Below the pieces are notes generated by a model. It was not told the DNA's origin, searched no databases, and saw only the letters and a list, made by a program, of their open reading frames with translations. A DNA stretch of 26,674 bases from Kofleriaceae bacterium. GTDB taxonomy: Bacteria > Myxococcota_A > Polyangia > Haliangiales > Haliangiaceae. The stretch lies in contig JBKJLC010000099.1 in NCBI GenBank assembly GCA_046597055.1, forward strand, positions 1 to 26,674, given 5' to 3'. The position numbers and the translations under genes were made by a program. Of this stretch, positions 23,399 to 26,674 are shown one piece after another. The first letter of the stretch is position 1. The number at the start of each line of letters is the position of its first letter.

Positions 23399-24061
23399 AT
23401 GACCCTGCCTCGCTTGACCTACTTCTCGTCCCGCGGCCGGGCCGAGCTGATCCGGATCTTGCTCGCCGACGCTGGCATCGAGCACGAGGAGGTCACGGTC
23501 GGCAGCTGGGATCCGGTCACCTTGCCCGAGCCGTTCCTGGCGCTGCGCGCGACCGGCGCGCTCGCGTTCGGCGCGCTCCCGATGTGGGAGGAGCCCGGCG
23601 GCTTCCGCCTGGTCCAGGGCGACGCGATCCTCCGCCACCTCGCGCGGACCCACGGCTGGTACGGCGAGGGCCGCTACCAGGCCGCGCGCTGCGATCAGCT
23701 GCTCGCCGGCATCGACGATGTCCGGCTCGAGCTGCGCCGGCTCCGGACCGCCGCCGTGCCCGCGCGCGCGGCCGTGCGCGCCGACCTGCTCGCGACCGTG
23801 CTGCCGCGCTGGCTGGCCGGGCTCGAGCAGCTGTTCGCCGCCGACGGGGTCGGCGAGAGCTTCGCGGTCGGTACCCGGCCCTCGATCGCCGACGGCGCGC
23901 TCTGGTACCTGCTCGAGACGCTCGACGACAACGGCCTCGGGAGTGCGGTCGCGGGCTGCCCGCGCCTGGTCGCGTTCGCCGCCCACCACGGTGCCCGGCC
24001 GGGGCTCGCGGCGTACCGGACCTCGGCGGGACGCTATCCACCCCAGCCGCTGCCGGTGTGA
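23399..24061 (+). CDS. Glutathione S-transferase family protein
   Basis: LTYFSSRGRAELIRILL, FGALP, LVQGDAILRHLA, SIAD. Confidence 0.88.
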   Translation: MTLPRLTYFSSRGRAELIRILLADAGIEHEEVTVGSWDPVTLPEPFLALRATGALAFGALPMWEEPGGFRLVQGDAILRHLARTHGWYGEGRYQAARCDQLLAGIDDVRLELRRLRTAAVPARAAVRADLLATVLPRWLAGLEQLFAADGVGESFAVGTRPSIADGALWYLLETLDDNGLGSAVAGCPRLVAFAAHHGARPGLAAYRTSAGRYPPQPLPV

Positions 24062-24072
24062 CCGGCGCGCGG

Positions 24073-24774
24073 TCAGCCGTCGGCTCGTAGTAGCTCGCGG
24101 ATCGCGGCCTCGTACTCGTCCTCGGTGAGGAGGCCCTTGGCGATCAGCACGCGGACCAGGGCAGCGACCCGGGTCTCGGTGTCGGCCTCGTCGGCGATGT
24201 TGTGGTACGGGACGGTCCGGGCGTGATCGTGAGGCTCGTCGGTGCTGGCGCGGGCGTGGGGCTTGGTGGTCACCATGAGGTCGCCGCCGAACACCTTGCT
24301 GGGGCGGCGCACGACCTGGGTGTTGAGCTCCTTGTAGCCGCGCTCGATCAGCTCCTCGATCGCCGACAGCGGCAGGAGGGCGACATCGACCACGCCGCCG
24401 GTCACCCGCTCGATCTCCGCGATCGCGCCGTGGTCGGTGGGATCGGCCATCGCCAGCCAGATCTCCTTGTCGTCGTCGGGCGGCCCGCTGACCCGCAGCG
24501 GCACCACGCACAGGCGGCGGCACATGTCGCGCGAGACCTCGCGCAGCGCGTCGGGCTCGGGCTTCACCGCGCGCGGATCGACCGAGAGCATGCGCAGCTC
24601 GCGGCGGAAGGCGCCGACCAGCGAGACCTCGTCGACGCCGAGCTCGCGGACCAGGACCTCGACCAGCGGCACCCGGCGCTCGTCGGCCAGATCCTGGGCA
24701 CGGCCGAGGTCGGCGCGCGAGAGGAGCCCCGCGTCGACGGCGATCTGGGCGAGCGTCTTGGGCAAGTCGACCAC
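24073..24774 (-). CDS. Stand-alone GspE/PilB N-terminal (T2SSE_N/MshEN-like) domain protein
   Basis: LAQIAVDAGLL, VVPLR, LAMADPTD, IEELIERGY, C-terminal ALVRVLIAKGLLTEDEY; no ATPase domain. Start inferred. Confidence 0.78.
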   Translation of the reverse strand: MVDLPKTLAQIAVDAGLLSRADLGRAQDLADERRVPLVEVLVRELGVDEVSLVGAFRRELRMLSVDPRAVKPEPDALREVSRDMCRRLCVVPLRVSGPPDDDKEIWLAMADPTDHGAIAEIERVTGGVVDVALLPLSAIEELIERGYKELNTQVVRRPSKVFGGDLMVTTKPHARASTDEPHDHARTVPYHNIADEADTETRVAALVRVLIAKGLLTEDEYEAAIRELLRADG

Positions 24775-24796
24775 CGGCAGCGCGCGTCGCGCCTCG

Positions 24797-24870
<74 letters not shown>

Positions 24871-24880
24871 GTGCGAGACA

Positions 24881-24910
24881 CTCATACCCGGGAACGCCAG
24901 GGTCCTGCAA
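24881..24910 (-). promoter_or_regulatory. Putative tRNA promoter
   Basis: TTGCAG-18 nt-TATGAG, 10 nt upstream of the tRNA 5' end. Confidence 0.45.
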
Positions 24911-25063
24911 GTCCACGTGCCCGGCCGGTTCGAAGATCGATCGCGGCGGTCCCGCGCGGCCCCGCGGCCGGCACGACCCGCGCCGCGACGAGGTGACCGG
25001 CGGTCGGTGCGCGTCTGCGAAGCGCGCTCGGATCGGTTCCGCGGGTTGGCGAGACGCAAGTGA

Positions 25064-25092
25064 TTGCACGATGACAGCGATCTCGGTAGGTT
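25064..25092 (+). promoter_or_regulatory. Putative sigma70 promoter of the oxidoreductase gene
   Basis: TTGCAC-17 nt-TAGGTT. Confidence 0.6.
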
Positions 25093-25134
25093 CTCGCGAC
25101 GCGCTTTGCGCCGCGCGTCCCCAGACGAGGTTTC

Positions 25135-26674
<1,540 letters not shown>

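Overview
Very GC-rich bacterial chromosomal segment. Gene content (two eukaryote-like Ser/Thr kinases, a Cys/Asp-repeat lipoprotein, a stand-alone GspE/PilB N-terminal protein, a lipoprotein serpin) suggests Myxococcota, which is an inference. From left to right it holds ttcA (partial), a small orphan ORF, a kinase, a small CxxC/CxxC protein, a VTT/DedA protein, an SRPBCC protein, an Fe-S cryptochrome/photolyase, a Uma2 nuclease and the B12-dependent ribonucleotide reductase nrdJ. Next comes a divergent, split B12-type uptake/salvage locus (btuF ... btuD-btuC-degenerate cobT) interrupted by a membrane SAM-dependent protein and a serpin. The right part carries the repeat lipoprotein, a kinase-TM-TPR protein with unusual catalytic substitutions, ArsC/Spx, an LLM oxidoreductase, a GST, the GspE-N protein, tRNA-Arg(CCG) and a 2-oxoacid:acceptor oxidoreductase alpha subunit (partial). 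I saw no mobile element, integrase or CRISPR array. The most interesting signals are regulatory. The nrdJ upstream region has a phased DnaA-box-like array, tandem NrdR boxes and a structured leader of about 235 nt ending in a terminator-like hairpin. About ten genes have a -10-like hexamer 5-7 nt before the start codon, suggesting leaderless mRNAs. All calls come from reading motifs by eye; no searches were run.
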